Positions 41,845 to 52,136 of a stretch of DNA of 64,000 nt are shown here, one piece after another. A program made the position numbers and the translations under genes. Each line of letters opens with the position of its first letter. Within the stretch, counting starts at the first letter, position 1. The DNA is from Candidatus Latescibacterota bacterium (GTDB lineage Bacteria > Latescibacterota > UBA2968 > UBA8231): the NCBI GenBank assembly GCA_965215195.1, contig CBDCDC010000002.1:3968001-4032000 (forward strand). The letters run 5' to 3'. The notes beneath the pieces are model-generated. The model saw only the letters and a program-made list of their open reading frames with translations, searched no databases and had not been told where the DNA came from.

Positions 41845-42603
41845 ATGTCCCAGCACGAGAACGATGCCCTGCAAGTGCAGGGCGACCGGGTGGTGCTAGG
41901 GGAGTGGTCGGGCGATCTGGAAGAATTGATCGCCAAGAACGTCGAGTTACGCCAAATGCTGCGCGAAGGGTGCGCCGACGAGGCCCGCGCGCTGCTCAAG
42001 GCGCAGGTCGTTGAGGAACAAGCCGCGCTGGTGGCCATCGACGAAAACCCCGAGGAGGTGCTCTCCCTGACCGGCATGGACGACAAAGGCCGCCCGGGGT
42101 ACTTGCCCGCTGTCGTCGATAAGCTGCCGTCGGAGATCATCGCCGAATTGGTCGCCCCCAGCGAGTACAAGCTGGCGCGGTTCAACACCGCGCTGTTGCA
42201 AACCATGTCGGCCGAGTCGTTTGCCCGCGCCGTAGAAGACACGCTCGATCCGGTTTACTACCACGGCAACCGCACCAAGGTGTCGTGGGAATGGCTCGAA
42301 GCGGTCGCAGCGCTAGACGATCACAACAAGCGCGCCGCGCTCTTGTTCAAGGTCGATCAAAGCCTGCTAGAGGAAGCCTTCTTAGACAAGGTCGATAGCA
42401 TTGACATGCACGCCCAAGTCGGAATAGAGAAACCCGTTTCGGCCTTTCGCCTGCTGTCGGAATCCGGCCAGGCGGTGATGTTGCCGCCGATCAGCGACCC
42501 GGAGGTCCGCGAGGTCATCTACTCCTTGCACCAAGCCGCGCCCGAGTTGCTGGCCAAGGTGCTGCGCGCCGCTTGGGAACGGGCCGGTGGAGGGGCCTCG
42601 TGA
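41845..42603 (+). CDS. Hypothetical acidic alpha-helical protein
   Basis: RBS AGGAGG, genome-typical codons, coupled to the next gene (GTGA overlap). Confidence 0.8.
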   Translation: MSQHENDALQVQGDRVVLGEWSGDLEELIAKNVELRQMLREGCADEARALLKAQVVEEQAALVAIDENPEEVLSLTGMDDKGRPGYLPAVVDKLPSEIIAELVAPSEYKLARFNTALLQTMSAESFARAVEDTLDPVYYHGNRTKVSWEWLEAVAALDDHNKRAALLFKVDQSLLEEAFLDKVDSIDMHAQVGIEKPVSAFRLLSESGQAVMLPPISDPEVREVIYSLHQAAPELLAKVLRAAWERAGGGAS

Positions 42604-43556
42604 GCCGGCTAGCGCGCGTCGATCTCAACCAAGTCCCGCTCGACCGCCATAGTTTCATCGGCCAAGCGGTCGCCGCAGGCCTCGAATACGAGCAGTTGCC
42701 GCCGCACTTTATGGATTCCCTGCGGGCCTATCTGCAAATCCGCGGGTTGGGCTTTGCCCAGCGCCAGCGCACCGGCATCGCCCTCGGCCGCGACCAGTTG
42801 CGCCAAGGCATGGAGCGGACCTTGGCGTGCATGGACTTGGCCTTAGAGGAGGAAAGCGGCGGCGACCTCAACGCAGCCATCGCCAAGCTGGCCCGCGACC
42901 CGTTTGACGCGCTCTACAAGCAGGGCTGGGAGCGCGCTTTCCGGCGCTTGGAACAGATGCGCCAGCAGGCCCGCGCCTTGGCCGACTGTCCCGAGCTGGG
43001 CTTTTGGCCCAAGCTGCGCCCCAAAGTCGCGGCCCTAGCCAAGCTCGTGCCCGAGGCGTGGACCGGCCCCAGTGCCATTGACCTGCGCACCGACGGCCAG
43101 ACGCTGCAAGAATTAACCGGCAAGATGGCCTTGGTGCGCTCGTTGCCCAAGCCGTCGGTGGCCGATTTGCTCGAGCAGGTCGAGGTGGATTTTGCCGGCG
43201 TGCTGCACCGCGTCATTTTGGCGTTGGCGCTGGGGCGCACCGAACTAGTGGTCAACGAGATGCACGTGTCGCGCTTTCGCGCTGAGTGCTTTGCTGAGGG
43301 TAAGATGCGGCCCGAGCTGCGCCGGCAGGTGCTGGAGCAGGTAGCCGGGCAGCTAAAGAATGAGGTGGATGACCCGGCGGTCAGGGCCAAAATTGCCGAC
43401 GAATTCCGCGCCGAGACCGAGGCGTTGGAAAAGGCCATCGCCGCAGGCAACCTCGACGCGCTCTTGCTGCCACCGGAGGAGTGGGTCGGTGCGGCCGCGG
43501 CAAAAGCGGACGCGCAAGCAGCGATGTCGCTTTTTTCGTCTGAGGAATTTGAGTAG
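42600..43556 (+). CDS. Hypothetical protein (possible DUF6178 C-terminal-like)
   Basis: LALEEESGGDLNAAIAKL...LYKQGW segment; GTG start overlaps the upstream stop. Confidence 0.7.
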   Translation: MSRLARVDLNQVPLDRHSFIGQAVAAGLEYEQLPPHFMDSLRAYLQIRGLGFAQRQRTGIALGRDQLRQGMERTLACMDLALEEESGGDLNAAIAKLARDPFDALYKQGWERAFRRLEQMRQQARALADCPELGFWPKLRPKVAALAKLVPEAWTGPSAIDLRTDGQTLQELTGKMALVRSLPKPSVADLLEQVEVDFAGVLHRVILALALGRTELVVNEMHVSRFRAECFAEGKMRPELRRQVLEQVAGQLKNEVDDPAVRAKIADEFRAETEALEKAIAAGNLDALLLPPEEWVGAAAAKADAQAAMSLFSSEEFE

Positions 43557-43598
43557 CTTTGCAAATTCCCATGCACTCCACACCTTCTGCGAGGTCTT

Positions 43599-44513
43599 AT
43601 GGCTCATCACGAATTCACCCCCACCCACTACCACACTACCATTGGCTGGCACGAGCCCGTGCTGGCCATTGCCCCCGGCGATGCGGTCTCTACCACGACC
43701 GTTGACGCCCGCGGCCAAGACCAGCACGGCGAGCAAGTCACCGAACGCGGCAACCCGATGACCGGCCCTTTCTACATAGAAGGAGCCGAGCCGGGCGACA
43801 CCTTGGTCGTCCACTTCGACAAGCTCTACCCCAACCGCGACTGGGGCTGGACGGCCAAGGAAATCGCGCCCCATGTGCTGGACCCGGGTTTTACAACTGG
43901 AATTGAGCGCGACGCCCAACCGCTCCGGTGGCCGATTGACCTAGCCGCAGGGACGGCAATCCAGCCGGACGTGCTGCCGGGCTTGGTTCTGCCGCTCAAC
44001 CCGATGCTGGGCTGTTTCGGGGTGGCCCCCCCGCGCGGGCAGGCCATTTCCACGGCCACCTCTTCGACCCACGGCGGCAACATGGACTACCGCGGCTTTG
44101 TCGCGGGGGTGACGGTCTATCTGCCGGTCGAGGCACCGGGTGCGCTCTTTCACTTGGGCGATGGGCATGCCGTGCAAGGCGATGGCGAGATCGTGGGCAC
44201 GGGCGTGGAAATTTCCTTTGACGCGACGTTTAGGGTCGAGTTGCACAAGGGCAAGCAAATTGGCTGGCCGCGCGGCGAAAACGCCACGCATATTTTCGCG
44301 GCCGGCAATGCGCGTCCTTTGGACCAGTGTGTGCAACACGCTACCAGCGAGATGGTGCGCTGGCTGGTAGAAGACTACAAGTTGTCCGCTTTGAGTGCGC
44401 ACGCGCTCTTGGGACAGTGCGTGGAATACGATGTGGGGAATGTGTACGACCCGGCTTATACGATGATCTGCAAAGTGGCCAAGTCGCTGCTGGCCGATTT
44501 GGGGGTAGGTTAA
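43599..44513 (+). CDS. Acetamidase/formamidase family protein
   Basis: NPMTGPFYIEGAEPGDTL, HGGNMD, GDGHAVQGDGE. Confidence 0.93.
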   Translation: MAHHEFTPTHYHTTIGWHEPVLAIAPGDAVSTTTVDARGQDQHGEQVTERGNPMTGPFYIEGAEPGDTLVVHFDKLYPNRDWGWTAKEIAPHVLDPGFTTGIERDAQPLRWPIDLAAGTAIQPDVLPGLVLPLNPMLGCFGVAPPRGQAISTATSSTHGGNMDYRGFVAGVTVYLPVEAPGALFHLGDGHAVQGDGEIVGTGVEISFDATFRVELHKGKQIGWPRGENATHIFAAGNARPLDQCVQHATSEMVRWLVEDYKLSALSAHALLGQCVEYDVGNVYDPAYTMICKVAKSLLADLGVG

Positions 44514-44602
44514 GCCCTCGAAGCTGTTGGGCTAAACGCACACAGCGGGAAAGCTAGGGGCTGGCTGAACGCGCGGATTGCGCCGAATGACTCGACAGCT
44601 TC

Positions 44603-46126
44603 TCACAATGCGTCGTTAGAATTGGCGACGGACAGCTCCGCAATTGAATCCAAGCCTTCGGGCTGAGGCAGGACATAGCGGATCGGCTGAATGGTGCCGT
44701 CGCGCCGGCGCACCTGTTCGACGCGCTTGCACTTGATGACCGAGTGCTCAATGAGCAGGTCGTCGTCGATTTGGCAGCCGTACAGGTAGCTGGTGCCCTT
44801 GATGGTTACGCGCTCGCCCACGCGCATGGGGTGTTCGTCGCTGCCGGTCATAAGCACCCCGGACTCAATGCGGCTGTGTGCGCCAATCCGCAGGTTCCCC
44901 TTGATGATGTTGCGGCTGAGCACTTCGGCCCCTGCGCCGAGCGCGAGGGTTTGCCCGGGGTAAGTACTCAGTTCGACGCCGACGCCAATTTGTACGCCTT
45001 CGCCGAGCACCACGTGACCGCTCAGATGGCTGCGGTCGCCGATGGCGACTCGGCGGTTGAGCTGGACTTGGGGGCCGATGTAAGTGCCCTTGCCGATGAC
45101 GATGTCCAAGGGGCCGCATTCGGCGTCCATGTTGAGTATCCGCTCGATGACTTCGTCGGCGATAAAAAAGTCCTCTTCGTCGGCGATGGTGATGGTGTCC
45201 TTGAGCTTGTCGTAGGCCCAGCGCCGGGCTATGGCCTGCATCTGATGCCAGACGCTTTTGACGTTGAAGGCGAGGAGCTCCTCTTCGCTGTCGACCGTGG
45301 CTGCCCGCACTACGAGCTGGTGCTGATTGAAAATTTGCACCAAGTCGGTCAGCAGCAACTCGCCTTGGGCATTGTCGGTGTCGAGATGCTGGATGTACGT
45401 GCGCAGTGCGCTTTCTCTGAAGGCGAAGACGCCGGTGTTGATCTCGCGCGTGTCCAACAATTCTTGGCGCGTGAAGGAGTACGTGCGGCTGTTGTACGCG
45501 GCCTCGTAGGGCCTTGCCGCGTTGAGGCCGAGGATGTCCTTGTGCTCCCGGATTTCAATGACCTTGTCGCGGTCTGCACCCGCTGGCCGCCCCTCGGCGT
45601 CAATGGCTGGTACGCGCACGATGCGGCCATAGGAGTTGGTCGCGGCCGGGCCGCTGTACAGGCCGGTGAGCACCATCATGTCGCAGTCGGCGCTTTCAAA
45701 GCTGGTGCGGAAGTGGGCGACGACCTGCCCGGTCAACAAGCCCATGTCCCCTAAAAAGATGTACACGTCGCGGTTGGTCGCGGTCGCGGGGAAGGCTTGC
45801 AGGCCGACGCGCACGGCGTCGCCGGTTCCGGCCGGCCGGCCGAGGACCGGGTTTTCTTGGTACGCGAAAAGACGCCCCGGCCGGGGACCGGCTGCACGGG
45901 CCACGTCCGCGCCCTTGATGCCCACGACGATGACCTGATTGGGGCTGTCGAGCCCCTCTTGTACGGCGCGGGCCACGCGCATGGCCGTCGGCTGGCCCCA
46001 GATTTCGTGCAGCATCTTGGAGGTCTCCGAGCGGATGCGCTTGCCGTGGCCAGCCGCCAAGACGATGCCGATGCGGTGGATGTCGTCTAGAATCGGCGAA
46101 TTGATTTGTGCGAGCAGGTCGTGCAT
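44603..46126 (-). CDS. GlmU-like sugar-1-phosphate nucleotidyltransferase with hexapeptide tail
   Basis: LAAGHGKRI..K, GTGDAV, GD, YGRIVR, EINTG, DNAQGELLLTD; left-handed beta-helix-like repeats. Confidence 0.8.
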   Translation of the reverse strand: MHDLLAQINSPILDDIHRIGIVLAAGHGKRIRSETSKMLHEIWGQPTAMRVARAVQEGLDSPNQVIVVGIKGADVARAAGPRPGRLFAYQENPVLGRPAGTGDAVRVGLQAFPATATNRDVYIFLGDMGLLTGQVVAHFRTSFESADCDMMVLTGLYSGPAATNSYGRIVRVPAIDAEGRPAGADRDKVIEIREHKDILGLNAARPYEAAYNSRTYSFTRQELLDTREINTGVFAFRESALRTYIQHLDTDNAQGELLLTDLVQIFNQHQLVVRAATVDSEEELLAFNVKSVWHQMQAIARRWAYDKLKDTITIADEEDFFIADEVIERILNMDAECGPLDIVIGKGTYIGPQVQLNRRVAIGDRSHLSGHVVLGEGVQIGVGVELSTYPGQTLALGAGAEVLSRNIIKGNLRIGAHSRIESGVLMTGSDEHPMRVGERVTIKGTSYLYGCQIDDDLLIEHSVIKCKRVEQVRRRDGTIQPIRYVLPQPEGLDSIAELSVANSNDAL

Positions 46127-46340
46127 CAGGTCCTTTCCTATAGCTCTCTAGTTACCGGCTTCTCATATGCTCAAGTATGCCTGATAGCCGCAGCGGATCA
46201 AAACCGCGACCAGCGCAATACGTCCCTAAAGGTGCGGTGAACAGGGTGAAGCGGGCAGTGCCGGCTGCCGCCAGCGCGACGCCCATAGCGAACCACTGGC
46301 CACTAATCTAACGCAACGGTCGTGCATCGGGTTCCTTCGC

Positions 46341-48440
46341 CTAGCTCTCTAGAGCGTCGATGTCCTCGCCGAGGGCCGCGCGCATGAGCAGCTCCTGCAC
46401 GCTGTGGCCCGGGGTGGCCGCACTCGGGGGTTGGCGGCGGACGTACGTGCCGTCTGGGCGCATCTGCCGAGATTTGGCGCGATCGGCCAGCGCGAGCGCG
46501 AGCAGCTCGCGATAGATGCGCCGCTTCAGGCCCTGGTCCAAGATGGGGAAGACGACCTCGACCCGGCCGCGCAGGTTGCGACTCATCCAGTCCGCGCTGC
46601 CGAGCCAGACTTCCTCGTCGCCGCCGTTGGCAAAGTAAAAGACCCGGCTGTGCTCTAAGAAGCGGCCAATAATGCTGTACACGCGGATGTTCTCGCTGAT
46701 GCCGTTGAGGCCGGCGCGCAAGCAGCATATCCCGCGCACGATCAGATCGATCTCAACGCCGGCTTGCGAGGCTTGGAAGAGTGCGCGGATGATCGCTGGG
46801 TCCATCAAGCCGTTCATCTTGGCGATGATGGCGGCCGGTCGGCTGGTGCGGGCGTGTTGGCTCTCGCGCTCGATGCGGTCGAGCATGCCCTGCATCAGCC
46901 CGGCCGGGGCCACCAGCAGCTTCTCGAATTGGCTGGCGCGGTTGTGGGCCGTGAGCAGGTTGAAGACCTCGGCCACCTCTGCGGTGATGGTCGGCTCTGC
47001 GGTAATCAGCCCCAAATCCGTGTACAGCCGTGCGGTGGTGTGGTTGTAATTGCCAGTGCCCAAGTGGGCGTAGCGGCGCAGGCGATCTTGGTCGCGGCGC
47101 ACCAGCATGGAGAGCTTGCAATGGGTCTTCAGGCCCATGATGCCATAGACCACGTGGATGCCGCTGTCCTCGAGGCGCTTGGCCCACTCGATGTTGGCCG
47201 CTTCGTCGCCGCGGGCCTTTAGCTCGACGAGCACGGTCACTTCCTTGCGCCGCTCGGCCGCGTCAATGAGCGCTTGGCCCACCTCTGAATCGTCGCCCGT
47301 GCGGTAGATGGTCTGTTTGATGGCCAGCACTTTGGGGTCGTTGGCCGCCATGCGGATGAAGTCAGTAACCGTGGAAAACGATTCGTAGGGGTGGTGCAGG
47401 AGGATGTCGCCGGCGCGGATGGACGCGAAAAAGGCCTCCGGCTCTTTGGGCAAGTCGCGCTCAACCGGCGCGAAGGGAGCGTCTTTGAGCGCCGGGCGCG
47501 GGACGAGGTCGTACAGGGCCATGACGCGATGGAGATTGACCGGCCCGGCCGCCCTAAACACGAGGCTGTCGTCGAGGTCGAACTCCTGTTGCAAAAGCGA
47601 TACGAGCCGGTCGGGTGCGCCCGCGGCGATTTCCAGCCGCACGGCGTCGGCTTGGCGCTGCTTGGTTACTTGCTCGGCAATTTCTTCGAGCAGGTTGTCG
47701 GCGTCTTCCTCGTTGACGTACAGCTCGCTGTTGCGGGTGATGCGGAACGGGGCCGAGCCGAGGACCTCGTAGCCGCGGAACAGTTCGCTGACTTGCAGGT
47801 CCATGATCCCGGCCAAGGTCACAAAATGGCGGTCGCGGCCTTGGCCGGGCAGGGGCAGGATGCGCGGCAAGACGCGCGGCACGGTCGCCACGCCCATCAT
47901 CAACTGGCCCTGTCCTTCGAGCAGGGCACCGATGCACAGGGCCTTGTTGAGTACGCGGGGGAAGGGATGGGCCGGATCGACGACGATGGGCGTGAGGATC
48001 GGTTCGAGCTCTTCTTCCCAGTATTGATGCACAAAGTTGAGGTGCTCGCCTTGGATCTGGCGCGCCTCCCACAGGTAGATGCCCTCGGTCGCTAAGGCCG
48101 GAATGAGGTCCTCGTTCCAGCAGCGATACTGTTCGGCGACCTGCTCGTGGGCTCGTTGGGCGATGCGCTCGAGCTGCTCGGCCGGGGTCAGCCCGTCGGG
48201 GCGGCTGGGGTTGGCCCCCGACTCGTGCAATTGCAGCAAGCCGGCCACCCGGATTTCGTAGAACTCGTCGAGATTGCTGGCGACGATGGCCATGAACTTG
48301 ACGCGCTCTAACAAGGGGTTGTGCTCGTCTTGGGCTTCTTCGAGCACGCGGGCGTTAAAGTCGAGCCAGGAGAGCTCGCGGTTGATGTAGAGCGAGGGAT
48401 GGTCGAGCGCGGATTGCGCGTTGGGTTTTTTAACCTGCAT
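46341..48440 (-). CDS. ppk1: Polyphosphate kinase 1
   Basis: INRELSWLDFNARV, DPAHPFP, LLHHPYESF, KTHCK, GRFLEHSR. Confidence 0.97.
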   Translation of the reverse strand: MQVKKPNAQSALDHPSLYINRELSWLDFNARVLEEAQDEHNPLLERVKFMAIVASNLDEFYEIRVAGLLQLHESGANPSRPDGLTPAEQLERIAQRAHEQVAEQYRCWNEDLIPALATEGIYLWEARQIQGEHLNFVHQYWEEELEPILTPIVVDPAHPFPRVLNKALCIGALLEGQGQLMMGVATVPRVLPRILPLPGQGRDRHFVTLAGIMDLQVSELFRGYEVLGSAPFRITRNSELYVNEEDADNLLEEIAEQVTKQRQADAVRLEIAAGAPDRLVSLLQQEFDLDDSLVFRAAGPVNLHRVMALYDLVPRPALKDAPFAPVERDLPKEPEAFFASIRAGDILLHHPYESFSTVTDFIRMAANDPKVLAIKQTIYRTGDDSEVGQALIDAAERRKEVTVLVELKARGDEAANIEWAKRLEDSGIHVVYGIMGLKTHCKLSMLVRRDQDRLRRYAHLGTGNYNHTTARLYTDLGLITAEPTITAEVAEVFNLLTAHNRASQFEKLLVAPAGLMQGMLDRIERESQHARTSRPAAIIAKMNGLMDPAIIRALFQASQAGVEIDLIVRGICCLRAGLNGISENIRVYSIIGRFLEHSRVFYFANGGDEEVWLGSADWMSRNLRGRVEVVFPILDQGLKRRIYRELLALALADRAKSRQMRPDGTYVRRQPPSAATPGHSVQELLMRAALGEDIDALES

Positions 48441-48447
48441 GGGGGTG

Positions 48448-49251
48448 CTAGTCGAGCGCGGCAATGGTTTCCCGCACGAATTCCACCGACGTTTTGAGTG
48501 CTTCGCGGCGCTCGCCTTCAAGGCTGCACTCGTAGGCCAGATACCCGCTAAAGCCGATGTCCTTGAGGGCCTGTAAGCCGGCGCGCCAATTGATGTCGCC
48601 AGTGCCCGGCTGCATGCGCGTGTTGTCTGCCATGTGGACGTGGCCTACGTGGCGGCCGGCACGGCGCAAGGCGGCCGGGGTGTCGGTCTCTTCGATGTGC
48701 ATGTGGAAGAAGTCGCTGAGCAGGGCCACGCCTTGGGGGCTGCCGGCGCGCTCGATGATTTCGACGCCATCGGCTTGGCGGCGCAAGAGGTGTTGCTCGT
48801 AGCGGTTGAGGGGTTCCAAAAGGAGCAGGGTGCCTTGGCTGGCGGCATAGGCGGCGAGTTCTTTGACCAGCTCGACGAGCAGGGCCTTTTCGAGGGAAAT
48901 GGCGTCTTGGAGCGGCGAGAGGTCCGGGATGCGCGGCGGGCCGAAGATGGGGGGGACGATCTGGCCGGCGGCTTGGAAGTGGCCGCAAGCCGCAAGCTGG
49001 CGGCGGGTCTCGGCGAGGCTGTTGGTGCGCTTGCGCGGATCCGGGTCCAGCCAGTCAAAGGTCTCTTGGCCGCATATAGAAGCGATCTCGATGGAGCGGC
49101 CGGCGAGGGCCTGTTCGTACTGTTCGACGTGGTCGTACAGGCGCGAGCCACCGCTGACCTCTAGGCCCTCGACGGCGAGCGATTCGGCGAAATCGAGCTT
49201 TTCCGCGAGGCTTTCGCCGGGCAGCAGACCTTCCTGTAAGGCGATTTTCAT
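48448..49251 (-). CDS. Sugar phosphate isomerase/epimerase (xylose-isomerase-like TIM barrel)
   Basis: LEPLNRYE, DFFHMHIEE, HVHMAD, R..PGTG. Confidence 0.9.
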   Translation of the reverse strand: MKIALQEGLLPGESLAEKLDFAESLAVEGLEVSGGSRLYDHVEQYEQALAGRSIEIASICGQETFDWLDPDPRKRTNSLAETRRQLAACGHFQAAGQIVPPIFGPPRIPDLSPLQDAISLEKALLVELVKELAAYAASQGTLLLLEPLNRYEQHLLRRQADGVEIIERAGSPQGVALLSDFFHMHIEETDTPAALRRAGRHVGHVHMADNTRMQPGTGDINWRAGLQALKDIGFSGYLAYECSLEGERREALKTSVEFVRETIAALD

Positions 49252-49277
49252 GGCGTCCTCTCTCCGGCGCTCCGGCG

Positions 49278-50300
49278 TTAAAACCGGACGCCGAGCTTGA
49301 TGTTTGCTTCGGGATGGGTGGCGATCTGGGGGTACGCGTTGAGCAGCTCGTCAAAGGGCACGATGGGCTGCACAATGGGCCGGCAATCGATTTGGCCGGC
49401 CGCGAGCAAGCGCCAGCAGACGTCGTAGATGCGGGCGTTGTCCCAATTGGGGTGGTCCGGGTTTGGCTCGCTGTTGGCGCGCGAGAACACAATGTGCGGC
49501 CGGTTCAGATGGGCTTCGGCCCCCAAGTCCAGCCCGGTCGTCCACGCCGCCGGATACGCGCCGGCCACGACCGTGCCCCGGTAGGCGACCCCGCGCAGGG
49601 CTTGCTGCATGGCGGCCGGATGCCCGCTGTAATCAATGATCACGTCGGCGCCGCGGTTGGCCGTGGCCTTCTTTATTTCCGCGCCGGCGTCGCATTGGGT
49701 GGGGTCAAGCACGAGGTCGGCGTCGCAGGCGCGGGCCACTGCGCGCCGGTTGGCCAGCGGGTCGAGGGCAATGACGGGATGGGCACCGGCCAAGCGGCAG
49801 CATTGCACGGCGATCAGGCCGATGGCCCCGAGGCCCGAGATGGCTACGGCGTCGCCAATGCGGACGTGCCCGTCGCGCACTGCGCCGAGGGCAAAATCCG
49901 CCGGGTCGAGGCAGACGGCCGCTTGCCAAGGGACCTCTGCCGGCAGGCGGCGTGCGGTTTCGGGCCAGACATGTTCCTCGCGGAACGGCCCGTAGGCAAA
50001 GACGCGGTCGCCTTGTTTGAGCCGGGTGACGCCCGGGCCCAGCTCTACGACTTCGCCGACGCCCATGTTGCCCAGCGGCACCGGATAGTGGACGCCCTCG
50101 CCTTGATAGTCGAAGATGCGCCGCTCGGAGTCGAAGCGGCCGCGCGGGCCGGCGTACCCCTTAAACAGGGACATTTCAGTGCCGTGCTTGGCGGCCGCGT
50201 ACAGGCTTTTGACGCGGACTTGGCCTTTGGCCAGCGGTGGGGATTCGCATTCCTGAAAGGCCACTTGTTCGGCGGCCGGGGCGATGAGCGCTCGGGGCAT
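49278..50300 (-). CDS. Medium-chain (zinc-binding-type) alcohol dehydrogenase
   Basis: KHGTE, PVPLGNMGVGEV, GLGAIG. Confidence 0.88.
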   Translation of the reverse strand: MPRALIAPAAEQVAFQECESPPLAKGQVRVKSLYAAAKHGTEMSLFKGYAGPRGRFDSERRIFDYQGEGVHYPVPLGNMGVGEVVELGPGVTRLKQGDRVFAYGPFREEHVWPETARRLPAEVPWQAAVCLDPADFALGAVRDGHVRIGDAVAISGLGAIGLIAVQCCRLAGAHPVIALDPLANRRAVARACDADLVLDPTQCDAGAEIKKATANRGADVIIDYSGHPAAMQQALRGVAYRGTVVAGAYPAAWTTGLDLGAEAHLNRPHIVFSRANSEPNPDHPNWDNARIYDVCWRLLAAGQIDCRPIVQPIVPFDELLNAYPQIATHPEANIKLGVRF

Positions 50301-50379
50301 GGGGCGACTCGCTTGACGCTGGGCGCGTTTTTGGGGTTTATAGCGGGTCAAAATATACAATTCCAAGCGAGGATATGCC

Positions 50380-51345
50380 ATGCCAGAACGCGTCCAGATC
50401 GTAGTGCCCGGCGACAACCCAACCCAGATCGCCGGTTCGCCGCATTTGCAGCGGCTCGCTCCCTACGGGGATGTCGCCCTTTTCGAGGATACGCCGCAAA
50501 GCGCGGACGAGAAAATCGCGCGCGCCGAGGGAGCGCAAGTCATTATCAACACGCGCGGGGTCGTTACTTGGCGCGAGGAAATGCGCCGCTTGCCCGCGCT
50601 CGAGATGATTGCCACCTGCTCCATCGGCACGGACATGATCGACTTGGCAATTGCCAAGGAGCGCGGAATCGTGGTGTCGAATCAGCCCGGCCGCACCGCG
50701 CCGGTGGTGGCCGAGCACATGTTCGGGCTGATGTTTGCCCTGTCCAAGCGCGCCTATTTCCAGACCGCCGAGCTAAAGGCGGGTCGCTGGACGCGCAAGA
50801 TGAACACCATGTTGCAGGGCAAGGTGTTGGGCGTGGTGGGCACGGGTCCGATTGGCGCGGAGATGGCGCGGTTGGGGCGGGCCATCGGCATGGAGGTCAT
50901 CGCGTGGACCTTTCATCCGTCGCCTGAACGTGCGGCCGAATACGGGGTGCGCTTCGTCGAACTCGACGAGCTGTTGCAGACAGCCGATGTGGTCAGCCTG
51001 CACGTGAAGTTGACCGAGGACACCCGGCACTTGCTCGGGGTGCGCGAGTTTGGCCTGATGAAGGAGGGGGCCCTGTTGTTGAACGGCGCACGCGGCGACG
51101 TGCTGGACATCAATGCCTTGCGTGCGGCCCTGTTGGCCGAGCATTTGGGCGGGGCCGGGCTAGACGTGTTTCCCCAAGAGCCGCTGCCGAGCGACGATCC
51201 CATCCTCGACTGCGATCAGGTGGTGCTGACGCCCCATGCGGCCGATCAGACGCCCGAGGGGGTGGATTTGCTGAACGAGGGCGCGGTGGATAATGTGATT
51301 GCGTTTTTGGAGGGACGGCCGCAGAACAATGTGGCGGACTATTAG
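50380..51345 (+). CDS. D-isomer-specific 2-hydroxyacid dehydrogenase
   Basis: VAEH, GTGPIG, NGARG, LDVFPQEP, LTPHAA. Confidence 0.93.
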   Translation: MPERVQIVVPGDNPTQIAGSPHLQRLAPYGDVALFEDTPQSADEKIARAEGAQVIINTRGVVTWREEMRRLPALEMIATCSIGTDMIDLAIAKERGIVVSNQPGRTAPVVAEHMFGLMFALSKRAYFQTAELKAGRWTRKMNTMLQGKVLGVVGTGPIGAEMARLGRAIGMEVIAWTFHPSPERAAEYGVRFVELDELLQTADVVSLHVKLTEDTRHLLGVREFGLMKEGALLLNGARGDVLDINALRAALLAEHLGGAGLDVFPQEPLPSDDPILDCDQVVLTPHAADQTPEGVDLLNEGAVDNVIAFLEGRPQNNVADY

Positions 51346-51405
51346 GATTAGGACTGGGATGGATAGGGCGAGGGCGAGGGGCAACGCGCAAGCCGAGGAG
51401 AGGCT

Positions 51406-52116
51406 ATGAACGACGAAAAACAGCTCGACAAAGAAAAAAAGAAATTTGCCGCGGCCGCGGGGCGCGAGGCGTCCTTGGAAGCGGTGGACGATAAGGGGCG
51501 GACGGACCTGCACCGTGCAGCGACCTTGAACCTGCCCGTCCTGACTGCATCCCTGCTGCACAGCGGCATGGATGTCGACGTCAAGGACAAGGAAGGGATG
51601 ACGCCGCTGCACATTGCGTCAATGGAGCATGCGGTTGAGGTCCCGAGAGTTTTGCTGCACAGCGGGGCCGATGCCAACGCCAAGGATAAGGACGGCTTGA
51701 CGCCGCTGCACATTGCGACGGCGCGGAGTGCGATTGAAGTGGCGGAGCTTCTGCTGGAGCACGGCGCGGATATCAACGCCAAGAACTACTACAGCGGCCT
51801 GACGCCGCTGCACATTGTGACGATGCGAGATGCGGTTGAGGGTGCGAAGTTTCTGCTGGAGCGCGGCGCGGATGCCAACGCCAAGAACTACCACGATGGC
51901 CTGACGCCGCTGCACATTGCGACGATGCGAAATGTTTTTCGCGTGGCCGAGCTTTTGCTGGAGCACGGCGCGGATGTCAACGCCGAGACTAAAGAAGGCT
52001 GGACGTCGTTGTTTCTTGCAACACACAAAAAAGATACGGTCAGTGTGGTGCTCCGGTTCTTTGGGCTGGAGACGAGGATGGTGCGTTTGTTGCGCTGGCA
52101 CGGGGGCGAGGAGTAA
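51406..52116 (+). CDS. Ankyrin-repeat protein
   Basis: Four GxTPLH...LLxxGADxNAK repeats plus degenerate flanking units. Confidence 0.95.
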   Translation: MNDEKQLDKEKKKFAAAAGREASLEAVDDKGRTDLHRAATLNLPVLTASLLHSGMDVDVKDKEGMTPLHIASMEHAVEVPRVLLHSGADANAKDKDGLTPLHIATARSAIEVAELLLEHGADINAKNYYSGLTPLHIVTMRDAVEGAKFLLERGADANAKNYHDGLTPLHIATMRNVFRVAELLLEHGADVNAETKEGWTSLFLATHKKDTVSVVLRFFGLETRMVRLLRWHGGEE

Positions 52117-52136
52117 AACAACAATAGGAGAGACTT

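Noticed and set aside
49314-50927. 537-aa plus-strand ORF, and the similar 389-aa minus-strand ORF at 53821-54990
   Set aside because: They overlap well-supported genes and have shadow-ORF composition
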